Assembly: GCF_018350175.1 (NCBI RefSeq)
Contig: NC_058376.1
Location: 73,036,001 to 73,100,000 of the forward strand
From: Felis catus
Lineage: Eukaryota
DNA length: 64,000 bases
Direction of reading: 5' to 3'
Made by a program: the position numbers and the translations under genes
In this document: positions 38,196 through 51,400 of the stretch, piece by piece
Position numbering within the stretch: the first letter of the stretch is position 1
How the letters are laid out: each line of letters opens with the position of its first letter
The notes under the pieces: generated by a model
Database searches by the model: none
Told to the model about the DNA's origin: nothing
Seen by the model: only the letters and a program-made list of their open reading frames with translations

Positions 38196-38398
38196 GAGGC
38201 TCTAAAGGGAACCTGCCTTCACTCAATGTTGCTTCTTTTGCTTTGCTTCCCCCACCCCACCCTTCATAAAGACAAACCAACCACGGCAACATTGCAAACA
38301 CCAGAGGGGAAATTTGAAAGCAGAAGCCTGTGGAGAGAAAGTCAAGGAACGCTGGCCCAAACACTTAGCCATGTACCATGTTACCTTGCCAGTCTAAT

Positions 38399-38404
38399 AA
38401 TAAA
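38399..38404 (+). terminator. APOD: APOD polyadenylation signal AATAAA
   Basis: About 200 nt after the stop, followed by GT/T-rich sequence. Confidence 0.8.
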
Positions 38405-38633
38405 CTTGTTGCTGACCTGCTGTGCTCACAGTAGATTCTGAATTGATTATTGTGGGTTTTCAATTATATGCTTATGTTTGGAGATCCATGAACAGTTCTG
38501 TTGAAAGAAACAAAGCACTGTACAGTTTAAGTTTAAAGAGAACAATCCTGTTTCTGGAAAGAGAAAGCAGACTGCAAAGGCCTATTATGGGTGACCTGAG
38601 TCCAGGTGCCACATCCTACAGTAGACACTCCTT

Positions 38634-38853
38634 TTTTTTTTTTTTTTTTAACATTTATTCATTCCTGAGAGAGAGAAAGAGAGACAGAACATGAGTGGGG
38701 GAGGGGCAGACAGAGAGAGGGAGACACAGAATCTGAAGCAGGCTCCAGGCTCTGAGCTGTCAGCACAGAGCCTGATGTGGGGCTCGAACTCACAGACCAT
38801 CGCCCACGAGATCATGACCTGAGCTGAAGTCGGACACTTAACCGAGGTGCCCC
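38634..38853 (-). mobile_element. Can-SINE just downstream of APOD
   Basis: TSD cagtag(a/g)cactccttt. Confidence 0.92.
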
Positions 38854-41800
38854 CAGTAGGCACTCCTTTAGGGGGAATCATTTGGGTTTTCTGAGTCTCT
38901 GACAGGCAGTTTCTCTGAAGTATTTACTTTCTCATCAGGAGGTCTTCAGAGTCAGGCTAAAGAATGGGACCATCTTGGTGTCTGTGCAGGAGAGAATCTA
39001 TAAGGGAGAAGACTATGGGGATTTTTTTTTTTTTTTAGAAAATCAACTTTTTTGGGGTCTCTCATTCAACGGATATTTACCGAGGCCCAACTGCATTCTG
39101 GGCATTGAAAAATCTAGAACCCTGTCATCCTGTGGAAGCTTACAGTCTAGCAAAGGAGACTGACAAGTAAAGATGCAAGTATAATCCAAGCTGAGGAGTG
39201 CAGCCCCACCTCTGGGTGTTCCAACTTCGGACAATCGGGAACCACCTTGAGTTGTTGTTTTGTTGTTGTTGTTGCTGTTTTTGGTTTTTTGGTTTTTTTG
39301 GTTTTTTGGTTTTTTGGGTTTTTTTTTTTTTTGCGTTATGACTTTTAAAATCGGAAAGACCTCAGAATTATCACCCTGCAGTTTCACTTAGTTCACATGG
39401 CATTTATAATCTACAAAGGCTTTGGGTAATGACTCCGAAATTAAGCCATTTGATTAGATTTCGGCTTTTTCAGCATGATCATAAAGTATGAGTTTCCTTG
39501 AGCACGTGAGACTCTTTAATGTTTTAACGGTTACAAAAATCCCAAGGATCTCAATGTGTACAATTTTCCTTTTGTTACATAAATGCGACCTCAAATTGTA
39601 GCTTCCAGTTCTGAAAACTACCTGGCAGAAAGGCAGGAAGGGGGCGGTAGGTACCAAAGCAGATCCTGTCTCCCAGCTTTGCCTGCTCTTGAGCCCTGTG
39701 CTATATCACGCTCCTCTTGTTGGCTCCTCTTCTCAAATACGGTTACTCCCAAGAGTGTTAAGCTGCCCGTCTTTCAGCTCATGGTACAAAATAAGTTATG
39801 ACTGCATTCCTCTTAACAGCAGAGGCACATCAAAGACCATGAAGGTGACTACAGTTTGTCCCTTTTACAGTGTCTTGCCCAACACATAGACTCAGAGTGT
39901 GTATGTGAATGAAGTACTGACTGAATGTGTAGATGGACGGGCTTGAGTTTTCCAGTAAAGGAAAAGGAAACCATGAAGCAGGTATCAGGGGTGACTAAAC
40001 CTGACAAAAACTTTTGGGAATCCAGAGGGAAGCATGTGGGCACCAAGTAACTTGAGGAAACCTGGGGGAAAGAGCAAAAAATTCAGAAGGTAGAGGAAGA
40101 GAAGTCAGATAATCAGCAAAATAGAGACAATAGTAGAGAGTAAATCCCCACATACCCACTGTCAGCTCTAACAGTCATCAACATGTCACCAGTCTCGCTT
40201 CGGCTATCACCCGGTGCCCCCCAGTATTTTTCCTAGGGTGTTTGAAGCAAACCCCAGATACCACATCCTCTTAAGTTGCCCATAACTACCTATGTGTAAG
40301 TCTCTAGTAAATACAGGTACTTTTCTTTTTTTTTTTTTTTTTTTTTTTTCATTTTTCTTCAGGTACTTTTTGAACAAAAAAACATAAGGTTATGTTTTAT
40401 ATCCTGAAGGTGCCCAGAAAATGTAATTTCTAGGTAATCGAAAGATTTTTTTGATCAACCCAGATGAAAGGGAAGAAGCATGCACAATAATGTTCGTCGT
40501 CGTTTTACTTGTAGCCGTCCCCAAACCGAAAGGAGCTCAATTAAGGCTAATACTAGCAGCAGAGGAAATGGGATCGTAAATGGCAGAACAGCCACCTGAA
40601 TTAATGTTGTATGTTCATTAAAGTTGGTAGTTATGAAGGCTAGGCAGCCACACGAGAGCTGCTACCTGTCCACCCACACGCGCTGCTTGAGGGTGGGGGC
40701 CCCTGCCTACGGCCTTGCTGCCTGGAGGGCTAGTATCTGGAGGTCGTGCCTCTGAGCCACCCCCGATGGAACCAAGGCGCGTCCGCCTGAGCTAGTGACA
40801 GCCAGTCCACAGGTTGGGCAGAAACCTCTGTCTCTGTGGCCTCACAGGCCAGAAAAGATAAATTAGCTCCATGAAATCGGGATTTGACGTCCAGAGATCT
40901 GGAGAAAGAATGATTAAAAACTCTGGAACTGTAAAGTCATGTTGTTTGGGGCGGCTATTGTTGGTGATGCATGGCTCAAGTTAGGAGAGTGTGGAACAGA
41001 AGTGCAGAGGTGGGCAGAGACCCCACCCCAAGCGCCTAATAGAGCCGCTCCAGTAGCTGATGGCTCGCCATCCCAAGTCCTCCTCCCAAGTCTTGGGGCA
41101 CTTAGCTGACTTAGGTTCCTGTCCTTGGATTTCTGTGACATTAGCCACACACACACTTTTTTTTTTTAATTTTTTTGAGGTAATTTAACTTGACTGAGTG
41201 AATGTTCCTTGCAACCAAAATAGCACTAAGACAAAAGTGTTCACGGTGTAATGTGGAGTGAAAAAAGAATGTAGCATTGTAATGATGTTGTATTTATAGT
41301 TACATGAAATGAAGGCACAAAATGAAGGACTAAAAGTGAACAGGGAAAATGAAAGCAATTACCGTGTGAGAGTGCTGGAATTCAAAGTGGTTTCCTCCTT
41401 TTTTATTTTTGTTGTGGGTGTTTGTAGTAAGGGCCCTAAAACTTTGGACCCTAAAACTTCCTTCTCGTTCAACCTGACCCTCTGGCAGATCTAGCACCAA
41501 TGGCAAGAAATAGGCTTCTTCTTCCAGTAACTACTTCAGACTTTGAGGCCTTTCTGGACTCCCATCTCACTGTAATCCCATACATTTGAGATGATGGCTT
41601 GTTGTGTGAATATAGGGTATGTTATTAAAGCAATCTTTATTTACTATTAACAAGGTCCTCTGTTTATTTCTAGGAGACATGGAGGAGGGTATCAAGTAAT
41701 TTCGAAAGTTCGTATTTGCACAGTTGTCTAAACATTTTGTAATTTTATAAGATTTCCCCAAAAATGCAATCACTGTCACCATGATAATTATAAGAAACTA

Positions 41801-42197
41801 TTAAAATTTTGAAATATTTTGTTAAATATGGTCAACTTTTCTGCTAAAATCAGTTTTTTGACTGAATACCAAATATTAAATTAAAATAGACTCATCAAGA
41901 GTTATCAAACATTTTCCAGCAAAATGAGGTGATCTGAATGGGCTGACATGCTAAGAGGTCCCATGGCGGGAAGTGCACTGGGATGGGATCTAGCACTGAC
42001 CCCAGCCCCAGGTGTGTTAGCGGCTTACTCTAGCAGACCTCCTCCCCGTCAGGCTTGTCTCCTCACCTGCCTGTCACTGAAAGAGCTGACCTAGATGAGG
42101 TATCTCCAAGGACTCTTCCAGGTCAAATGTTTATAGTTCTATAGTTTTGGACATGATTAATAAAGAGCAATTTTTTTGCTAAGAAGGAGAAAGTGCC

Positions 42198-42445
42198 GGG
42201 ACGCCTGGGTGGCTGAGTCAGTTAAGCGTCATTAAACGTAGGACTTCAGCTCAGGTCATGATCTCACGGCCTCCGTGAGTTCGAGCCCCACGTCGGGCTC
42301 TGTGCTGACAGCTCAATCAGAGCCTGGAACCAGCTTCGGATTCTGTGTCTCCCTCTCTCTCTGCCCCTCCCCTGCTTGCACTTGGTCTCTCTCTCCCAAA
42401 AATGAATAAACATTTAAAAAAATTAAAAACAAAAACAAAAAACAA
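42198..42445 (+). mobile_element. Can-SINE
   Basis: Degenerate TSD aagaaggagaaagtgcc / aagaaagagaaagtacc. Confidence 0.9.
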
Positions 42446-43588
42446 AAAGAAAGAGAAAGTACCCGTATCTTTATAGGGAAAAAGAACCGTAAACTTAAAA
42501 AGACCAACTCTTGGCATTGTTTTGTGTCTTCTTCTAATCCTTATCAGTGTACACGCTTTACTCTGTTTTTTAATCAATACACATGTCTTTTTTCATGCTG
42601 TACGTTATTTGGATGCATAAAATGTTCAGTACATATTTTATTACTCTTATAACATGTTACGTTCTATAAATGCATTGGATGTATGACATTTAACTCTCCT
42701 GAATTTTCCTGGACTGCCAATTATAATTCAAATATAAAATGTCAGCCTTCAGCCGGCACTTCAGGACGTTCAGCGCACCCAGAGATGCAGGCAAAGCAGC
42801 AGCTCACTGAATTATAAAGTGACTCTCTCAGTGAGCACAGTTCGAAGGGGACTTGAGGAAAGTGTTATCAGAGGCCAAACCTTGATACACATGGTCAACC
42901 ATGCAGACCTTTATTCCAAATCTCTTGACCTCAGGTGCTGAAGCCCTCCCGATGCCTCCGGACACCTGCAGAGTGGCAGGTGCTCACTTCTGCTTAGAGA
43001 CTTCAAGTGCTGCCTGATTGCGGTCTCCTGGGTGACACCTCAGGCCTCCCCTCCCGTGGCCCTTCCAGCCCAGTTTCCCTGCCCCTCCTCCCTTTGCTCC
43101 TCAGGCTCCCAGTCCACTGGTCTCAACCGAGGCATGCCACAGTTACCCGAGAGATTAGATCAGCTTCCTGGGAAGACATCCCAGAACGGGGAGAGAGCGG
43201 GCAGAAGAGGGCAAAGATTGCAGAAAGTCCCCGCAGGAAATTCAGATTTGCTTTCATGCCTCAAATGGGACCTGCTGCTTTGTCAAACAGAACCGACTAG
43301 CTACCACTAGCTGTGTTTCTCAGGCCCACACCAGTCCCTTTATTGAAATCTCCTGCTGTCAAAATCCAACCCACCAAGTGTACATTGGCACTTTTACTGG
43401 CAATATCTAGCATGACTGAGGATGACACAACCTTTCACCTAGTAATTCTATTCTCTGGTAACTATTCTAGAAACACTCCTACACAAGAGCAGAAGAAGGC
43501 CTGTGCAAAGATCTTCATTGTATCACTGTCTGAAAGACTGAAAAACTATAAACAACCGGAATATCCATCAACAGAAGAATTGATTTTA

Positions 43589-43837
43589 TTTTTTTAATGG
43601 GCTTTGATCATTTTATCTTGTTTTTTAATGTTTATTTATTTTTGAGAGAGAGAGAGAGAGAGACAGAGTGCAAGGAGAGGAGGGGCAGAGAGAGAGAGAC
43701 AGACACAGAATCCGAAGCAGGCTCCAGGCTCTGAGCTGTCAGCACAGAGCCCATTGTGGGTCTGGGACCCACAGACCTCTAGATCATGACCTGAGCTGAA
43801 GTCAGATGCTTAACTGACTGAGCCACCCGAGTGCTCC
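43589..43837 (-). mobile_element. Can-SINE with an extra 25-nt segment inside its TSD, inserted in an old L1ME-like fragment
   Basis: TSD cagaagaattgatttta at 43572-43588 and 43838-43854. Confidence 0.9.
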
Positions 43838-43892
43838 CAGAAGAATTGATTTTAAAATTGAGATGTATGTGTGCACACACACACACACACAA

Positions 43893-43923
<31 letters not shown>

Positions 43924-44225
43924 CAATGGAATACAATGCAATAGTAAAAATGAACTAGAGCAATGTGTCATTATATATAATTTATAATACATATTTACAC
44001 ATATAAACAAAGGATATGCAGAAGTATAAAAGCAAAATGTGGAAGGATACAGGAGAATACGATACACAAAATGACATTACTTCAGAATACATACATATCT
44101 AATAAAAGTATGAAATTCAGAGAATTATAAATGCCAAATTCAAAGTCTTAGTTACCTCCTAAGGTAGAAGGAGTGGGTTGCAGGTGGGTAGGGAAACACC
44201 AGTAGCTTCCACTGCATTGGTAATT

Positions 44226-44740
44226 GTATTAAGTTTCTGTGGCTGCTGTAAGAAGTTATTTCAAATTGGTGACTTATAACAACCAAAATTTATTTCCTCA
44301 CAGTTCTGAAGGCCTAAAGTCCAAAATCGAGATCACTGAGCCAGAATGAAGGTGTAGGCAGGGCCATGCTCCTTCTAGAGGCTCTAGAAGAAAATCTCTT
44401 CCTTACCTTTTCCAGCTTCTGGTGGCTGCTGGCATTCCTTGGTTTGTGGCCACACCACTCCAGTCTTCAAATCTCTTCCTGCTCNNNNNNNNNNNNNNNN
44501 NNNNNNNNNNNNNNNNNNNNNNNNNNNNNNNNNNNNNNNNNNNNNNNNNNNNNNNNNNNNNNNNNNNNNNNNNNNNNNNNNNNNNNNNNNNNNNNNNNNN
44601 NNNNNNNNNNNNNNNNNNNNNNNNNNNNNNNNNNNNNNNNNNNNNNNNNNNNNNNNNNNNNNNNNNNNNNNNNNNNTTTATAGGTTTTAGGGATTAGGAG
44701 CTGATATCTTTGGGAGGGAAGGCATTGCTAGCCTACCATA
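44226..44740 (-). mobile_element. MLT1-type solo LTR (spans a gap)
   Basis: tgtattaagtttctgtggctgctgtaa...cacagttctgaaggcc...ctaccata. Confidence 0.8.
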
Positions 44741-45542
44741 ATAATGTTTTATTTCTTAAGCCGAATGGTGGAAATAGCAAACGTAGACTGATGGACTTCT
44801 ACCTTGAATTCCATTTATCTGTGTCTTACATCAGACAGAGACTGTGAACCAGTCACGGCAGGAGAGGTCTCCAGGAGGCTGAGAGCAATGTAATGGGAGT
44901 AATTCAGTGGGCGGGTCAGAAGACTAGGAGTTATGCTGTAAGAGTAGAGTGTATGAATTTGTCATTTCAGAGGTGGGGTAATTCTGGATAGGTCACCTAT
45001 AAACTGACTCTTGTTATGTATAGAATTTTTTGTGAGCCCCTTTTAAGATGTTAAATTATAATATTTAAAGAGTGGCCACCTCCTCCAAAAAATTGAGAAA
45101 ACTGAAGACTAAAGCCAAATAAAAACCTTTTGAAACTGAGTGGGTTGGATGCTAACTTGTAGCAGTAAAATTTCAAGCATTGAGGACAGGTCAGGGCAGA
45201 AAATTTCCCTATTACATAGGCAGCCACCAGCTCCACCTGCTTTTTATCCAAGCCTTCTGTTTCCAGCTGTTTCCAGGTCAAACAAGAAGCCAATGCTCTG
45301 AGTCAGCTCTATTCCCAGGAGATGACAAATGGGCTCAGAAGCTCGTTGGCCAACGTGAGCAGAGCTAAAGGAAGCGGGTGGTCACTCTTTTCTCAGCACA
45401 GTTCAGCTGTGACTAAGCAGGTGTTTCTTCTTTGCCTGCAGCCTGGTCTGAGCAGGACTAATGAAGCCAGAACATGCACCACAGAGTCAGAGGGCTCCCT
45501 GCATCCTCCCTCCCCAAATGAGGGAGCAGTTGGTGTGAAAAT

Positions 45543-46189
45543 TGGTAAGGGAAACCCAATTAGAATGGAGTCAGGAGGTCAGCGGGGGGAGCTCTCAGTG
45601 GCTACCACCCCTCAAATGCAGACCCAACAGGAAGAGACATCTTGCACAAGTGTACTACTTTACCATCCCAGCAAAAGGAGGAAAGTTTTTACTCCTCCTC
45701 TGGCAACAGCCCAGCCAATGAGAGACTATCACTGTTCAGCCAATGAAAAGCCACTATACTGCAAATGCCCAGTTTACTCCAATGGACTTTTTAATTTATA
45801 ACAGCCCTCCTAACTTCCTCCTTTCCTCTATAGAAGAGTGTTCCTCTCCAGAGCACCTGGGTGGCTCAGTCAGTTAAGCATCTGACTTCAGCTCAGGTCA
45901 TAGTCTCACCTCCGTGGGTTCCAGCCCCACATCAGGCTCTGTGCTGACAGCTCAGAAACTAGAGCCTGCTTCAGATTCTGTGTCTCCATCCCTCTCTGCC
46001 CCTACTCACCCCTTCTCTCTGTCTCTGAAAAATGAATAAACCTAAAAAAAATGTTCCTCTCCTCTGTTCTCAGGACTTGCCTATGGTTTTGCCCTGGGGG
46101 CTTGTCCCGAATTGTGATTCATTGTCATTCCCAGATAAACCCGCTTTTGCTGGTAAAATAACTGGCAGTTTTATTTTTAAGCTTAATAC
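45543..46189 (+). mobile_element. Probable ERV1-class solo LTR interrupted by a Can-SINE (45850-46051)
   Basis: Three CCAAT boxes (45715, 45740, 45779), TATA-like site ~45829, LTR-like 3' end; SINE TSD tgttcctctcc. Boundaries approximate. Confidence 0.6.
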
Positions 46190-46589
46190 TGGTAATGGCC
46201 AGGACCAACTCTACTGGAGGATGCCATGGAAATCTAAAAATTGAGGCTGACATCTGTGTTATTCTGCTTAAGGGCATTTTGTACATTTTGCACAAAATGT
46301 GCTGTGGGAAACAGTCTAAATGGGTCATTTTTGCACTTACAGATTGCTGACATGAATAACCTCTCTACCTTGTCAGGCTGAGAAGCTGAAGTTTGGCATT
46401 TCATTTGTCAAGTCTCACTCAGATGGCATCTCTACAAGCATCTACCTGAAAGTGATTAGCCCCATTACCTTCAATCCCATAACCCTTTCTATTTCTTTCT
46501 TAACCACTTTTCACAATCTGCAATTATCTTGTTTACTTACTTGCTTATGTATTTATTGTCCATCTTTCTCATTGGAATGTAGGCTTTCT

Positions 46590-46805
46590 TAACTTTTTTT
46601 TTCAACGTTTATTTATTTTTGGGACAGAGAGAGACAGAGCATGAGCAGGGGAGGGGCAGAGAGAGAGGGAGACACAGAATCAGAAACAGGCTCCAGGCTC
46701 CGAGCCATCAGCCCAGAGCCTGACGCGGTGCTCGAACTCACGGACCGCGAGATCGTGACCTGGCTGAAGTCGGACGCTTAACCAACTGCGCCACCCAGGC
46801 GCCCC
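46590..46805 (-). mobile_element. Young SINEC_Fc-type Can-SINE within an L2 3' end; a second, older SINE with (CA)n at 46898-47094
   Basis: Perfect TSD tggaatgtaggctttct. Confidence 0.95.
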
Positions 46806-48174
46806 TGGAATGTAGGCTTTCTGAAGTCAAGAGCCCTGCTTTTTTGTATATCTTATATTCTCAGAGGTTAGGACAGTGCCTGACAGTATACAATAATCCT
46901 TTAAGTTTATTTTATTTTGAGAGAGAACGCACACACACACACACACACACACACAGGCATGAGTGTGGAAGGGGCAGAAAAGGAGGGAGAGAACCCCAAT
47001 CAGGCTCTGAACTCGATCCCACAAACCATGAGATCATGACCTGAGCAGAAATCAAGAGTCAGACGCCCAACCAACTGAACCACACAGGTGCCCCATAGTA
47101 TACAATACATTTTTACTGAATGAATGAATGAATGAATGAACAAATGAATGGATTTGAATGAATAAATGCCCCAGGGCTCAAAAAGAATCAGTCGTGGAAG
47201 TGATAATAGAACCCAAATGAATACAAATATCCCATATTCATGGGCTTCAGCATATTCAGCTAAGATTACTTCCCAATTTACTATTTCTGCTGTGTTCCCA
47301 CAATATACTGCTGTATGCACATTCATATGTACTTTTGCACATATGAAGTCCAGAAAGTGAAATGACTTGAATAAAACTATGCCACTAGTTATAGTTATGA
47401 CTTGGACACTACTTTCTATCAGAGAAGTAATTTACTCATAGGATGCCTTGGGAGTTTTGCTTCTTCCCCCACAAATAAAACAACAAAACACCTCCTATGA
47501 GTGTACCATAGTTTTTTGGTTCATGAAGGCATGGTACAAAGTGAGCGCTGCATTTGGCAAGTCAACAACTACTACATAGGAGGTTATATCCAAGGAATAA
47601 TTATCAAGGAAACAACTTTGGCTAGGCTTGATGATACTCTATGTCATTACAGATGAGTAAGAGGAGGACTCCCCAGGGCTACCCGGTACATGAGATGACC
47701 GACATGGGATTCTTGGATTCAAACTCTGGTTATTGTTAGCATTAGGGATATTATTTCGCATATTTAAGGGGCAACTCTACTAGGAAGCAAGGCACTGACT
47801 GATTTCATGAGACCTTTCCAGCATCTGGGTCCATCTGGGCAAGGACAGCACAGGAAGCATGAAAAATAGGAGCTCCTAATACCCACTCCCCCTCCTCCCA
47901 CGAGACTACACTGCCCCCTCTTGATTTGAAGGGTGAAAACTGATTGCAGGTACTTAATACATTGATTGAGAAACATTACTAATTTTTTAATGAGCCTGAA
48001 TGTTTTCTTTGTGTCTAGTTCTCATTTTCTCTTTGCATGTTACAGAAAATGCACCCCAGTTCATTCATTCATCCCTTCTGTCTTGCTGCTCCTTGAAAAC
48101 ATTGCCCATTCTGAAATCTGTTTTTAATTATAATAGAAAAGTATAGCTTTCATTGAAAGGAGATAGAATTTCAT

Positions 48175-48401
48175 GGAGCGCCTGGGTGGCGCAGTCGGTT
48201 AAGCGTCTGACTCCAGCCAGGTCACGATCTCGTGGTCCGTGGGTTCGAGCCCCGCGTCAGGCTCTGGGCTGATGGCTCGGAGCCTGGAGCCTGTTTCCGA
48301 TTCTGTGTCTCCCTCTCTCTCTGCCCCTCCCCCGTTCATGCTCTGTCTCTCTCTGTCCCCAAAATAAATAAAAACGTTGAAAAAAAAAATTAAAAAAAAA
48401 A
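48175..48401 (+). mobile_element. Young SINEC_Fc-type Can-SINE; older reverse SINE at 48436-48606
   Basis: Perfect 19-bp TSD gaaaggagatagaatttca. Confidence 0.95.
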
Positions 48402-51400
48402 GAAAGGAGATAGAATTTCAAATAATTTCGATTTCTTTTTTTAAGTTTATTTATTTGGGGGGAGGGAGGGCAAAAAAGAAAGGGAGAAAGAGAATCTCAA
48501 GTAGGCTCTGTGCTAATAGTGGGACTTGATCTCACCAACGGTGAGATTATGACCTGAGCCCAAATCAAGAGTCAGATGCTTATTTGACTGAGCCACTGAG
48601 CACTCCTCAAATCATTTCAATTTCAAACCCTTTCAATTTCAATAATTTCAAACAAACAAAAAGCCTGAGGTACTGTATCTCCTGCTAACCGACAACGAAA
48701 GAATTACCCACTGTAAGGAAGACTCTATGAAAATGAGAGATTTACCAACGAATAGCCTATCTTTGAGAATCATTCTTGGCACTCAAACAAAGCTCATGAT
48801 TAACTGATATTATTCATTATAATTAATAGTACTGTAGCGACCACTTCTACCACCATCTTAAAGAAAGGCATCTCCTTTAAAGCCCAAAGAGCAACCAATA
48901 GATGACTCCCTAAGAGATGATTTTTAATACAGAAGGATGGTACCCTAAATGTTAAACACAACACTAAAAAAAAAAAATCACAAAGCAAAGCAATTTTAAA
49001 TTAAGCATAATTATTATTTCAGAATAATATTCAGGTGGTGGAGCAACTTTCTAAAAACCGAATCCCCAGAATGTGCCAGAAAACATTACATTAAGCCACC
49101 GAATACAATAATGGTCAAGACATAGTATGGTTGTTTTCTGCCTGAGGGACAGAGATTGGTAGCCTATGCAATGTTTTCAGTTAACTGCTCTGAGGACTGG
49201 TTTGACTCATTATTTGAATCATGCCTGAGAACTCCAATGGCTCACATACTAGCTGTGGCAGGAAGGCAGCTCTTATTCTTAGAATTACTGCCTGCAAAGA
49301 TAAATCCAGTGTGTCCCTCTAAATTATTGACCTAAATTATCTCCTTGACTCTTTGCTGTTCGTTGGCCAGCCTCATCTCCTACAAATGGTGAGGGCCTTC
49401 AGGGCAGGAACCCTGTCATTCATTTTTGCATCCCCCGCTTCCAGCACAGAGGAATGAAGTTAACACGTGACTGATTGGGTGTGGAGCATGGCTCAAAAGT
49501 CAATCCTCTTTTGAGACCTTTTTCTTTTATCTGTTCTAGTGTTTGTTCCCATATTTTTGGCATTTTAAAGACTTTTAAAAAATATTTTGACTAAAAGCAA
49601 CTCAGATTTTGTGGTTCAAATTAGCTCATAACAGACATAACATCTTATGAATGATGGTATTGCTAGGTCCCTTTTAACTTATTTTTCTTGTATTTACTAT
49701 GATAGTATAATCAAGATCTCAAAATCACTATAAAATATACTGGATTCTGAAATGCTCATTATGCATACTAATTTTTACCAAATATTATGGGTGACAGAAT
49801 GCAAGCTTTTTCAAGCATTTACAGGTGGGATCCACCTACAGACACCTACACCTGCAGTCTTCAGAGTCTCCGTATCTCCATATCTCATCCACAGCAATGA
49901 TTCCAGATGCTTGCTGATTGCTCCATCCCTACCCCACTCAGGCTTTGCTGCTCAACCTCCATCATGGGCAATCACAAATACTACCCCTTTAAAGGAAGTG
50001 CCCTAGAGTCCACATCTAATGTCTGTGGAAATCCAGCAACTCCATCAAGAAAAAGCAAACTAAAATGCAAAAAACAAATTCCATCAGGAGGAAGTAAAAT
50101 AAAAATGCCAAAAATTGGTGGGGGGGAGGGGGGGGAAGAGCACGAAATACCTCTGCAGATGCCAAAAAGGGGCATTATATTAGGCATACTGCTTTTAGGA
50201 GAATTGACCTGGAGTTTACTTGAGTTGCTTACAGTCTAAAGGGAAAGATAAACAAAAAAATCAATCATCACAATGTAGGATTTGGAGACCACACAGGATT
50301 CAAAGACCGTAATCGAGGTTAGAACGGGGCACTCTGGGAGCACAGAGGAGGGTCACCTGGCCCTGGCCTGAAAGGGTCAAAGAAGGTTTCACTGAGGAGC
50401 AAATCCTGAGCTTCATTCAGAACAAACAAGAGCAGGCCAGAGCCAGAAGGGCGAGGAAGTGCATCCCAGGCAGAAGAAAGACTGTCACACAAGAGAACTC
50501 ACATAATTTGGTAGCATCGGGGTCCAGGGTCTGTGGAGGAGCAGTGGAATATAAAGCTGGATCAGGTGGTCGAGGGTCAGCTCATCATGAAAACCATGAC
50601 AAAGAATTTGGGTTTCAGGGTGACTGTGAAGGGGAGTCGTCTGGGAAGTAATTTAACTTGCATTTAAAGAGTAAAGTCAGAATACTAACTTGTTAATTCA
50701 CAGTGCAAACGAGGGGTGGGGAAATGAGCCAAAGTTCTTGATAAAACTTGAAGATGGGCAGGAGCTTATGAGATGGCAGCAACTGAAAGGAGTAGACAGG
50801 GATGCATAGTAGTTCAGGAGGGAGTTTTCACCTGGGGAGGTGGGCTGGGGTGGGGGAGCCATGAAGAAGGGTCAGCCTGGAGAGTCAAGGGAAAGCTCCA
50901 CCCCTTCCTTGCCCTGACTCTGAGGCACATAGTAAACAGCCAGCAGTGATTTGTAAGAGCTGTGAGGAAGAGTAAAGACCAGAATTCTGTTAAAGTGAGG
51001 AATGCAGGCAACATTCTGGGAAGTCATTTGGGGTCCCAGAGGGACTGACACTCAGTGGGTATGTACCAGTACAACAGGACCAGGATAAGCCACTCTTCCC
51101 AGCCTCCAGAGTATTCCCCATCACTTGACCACCCTTAGGTTGCCCCCCACCCAGCGAGCCCAGAAACTAAAGGAGCAGCACTGGGTATAGCAGAAGAATT
51201 ATATGAATCCACATCTGCATGATGGCCATTTTCCTTTCTGCTTGCTTGGGGCCAGCCCACACCATTTTGGTTATCAAATATTCTGATTCTCGCCCAGAGT
51301 GTAAGCAGTTTGTTTGTGAGGAATGGGGAGGCTGGATTGCCCAGCAGACAGGGCTGAGGAGAAGCAGCACTGAGATGCCTGAAGATGGCAGTGGGGAAAG

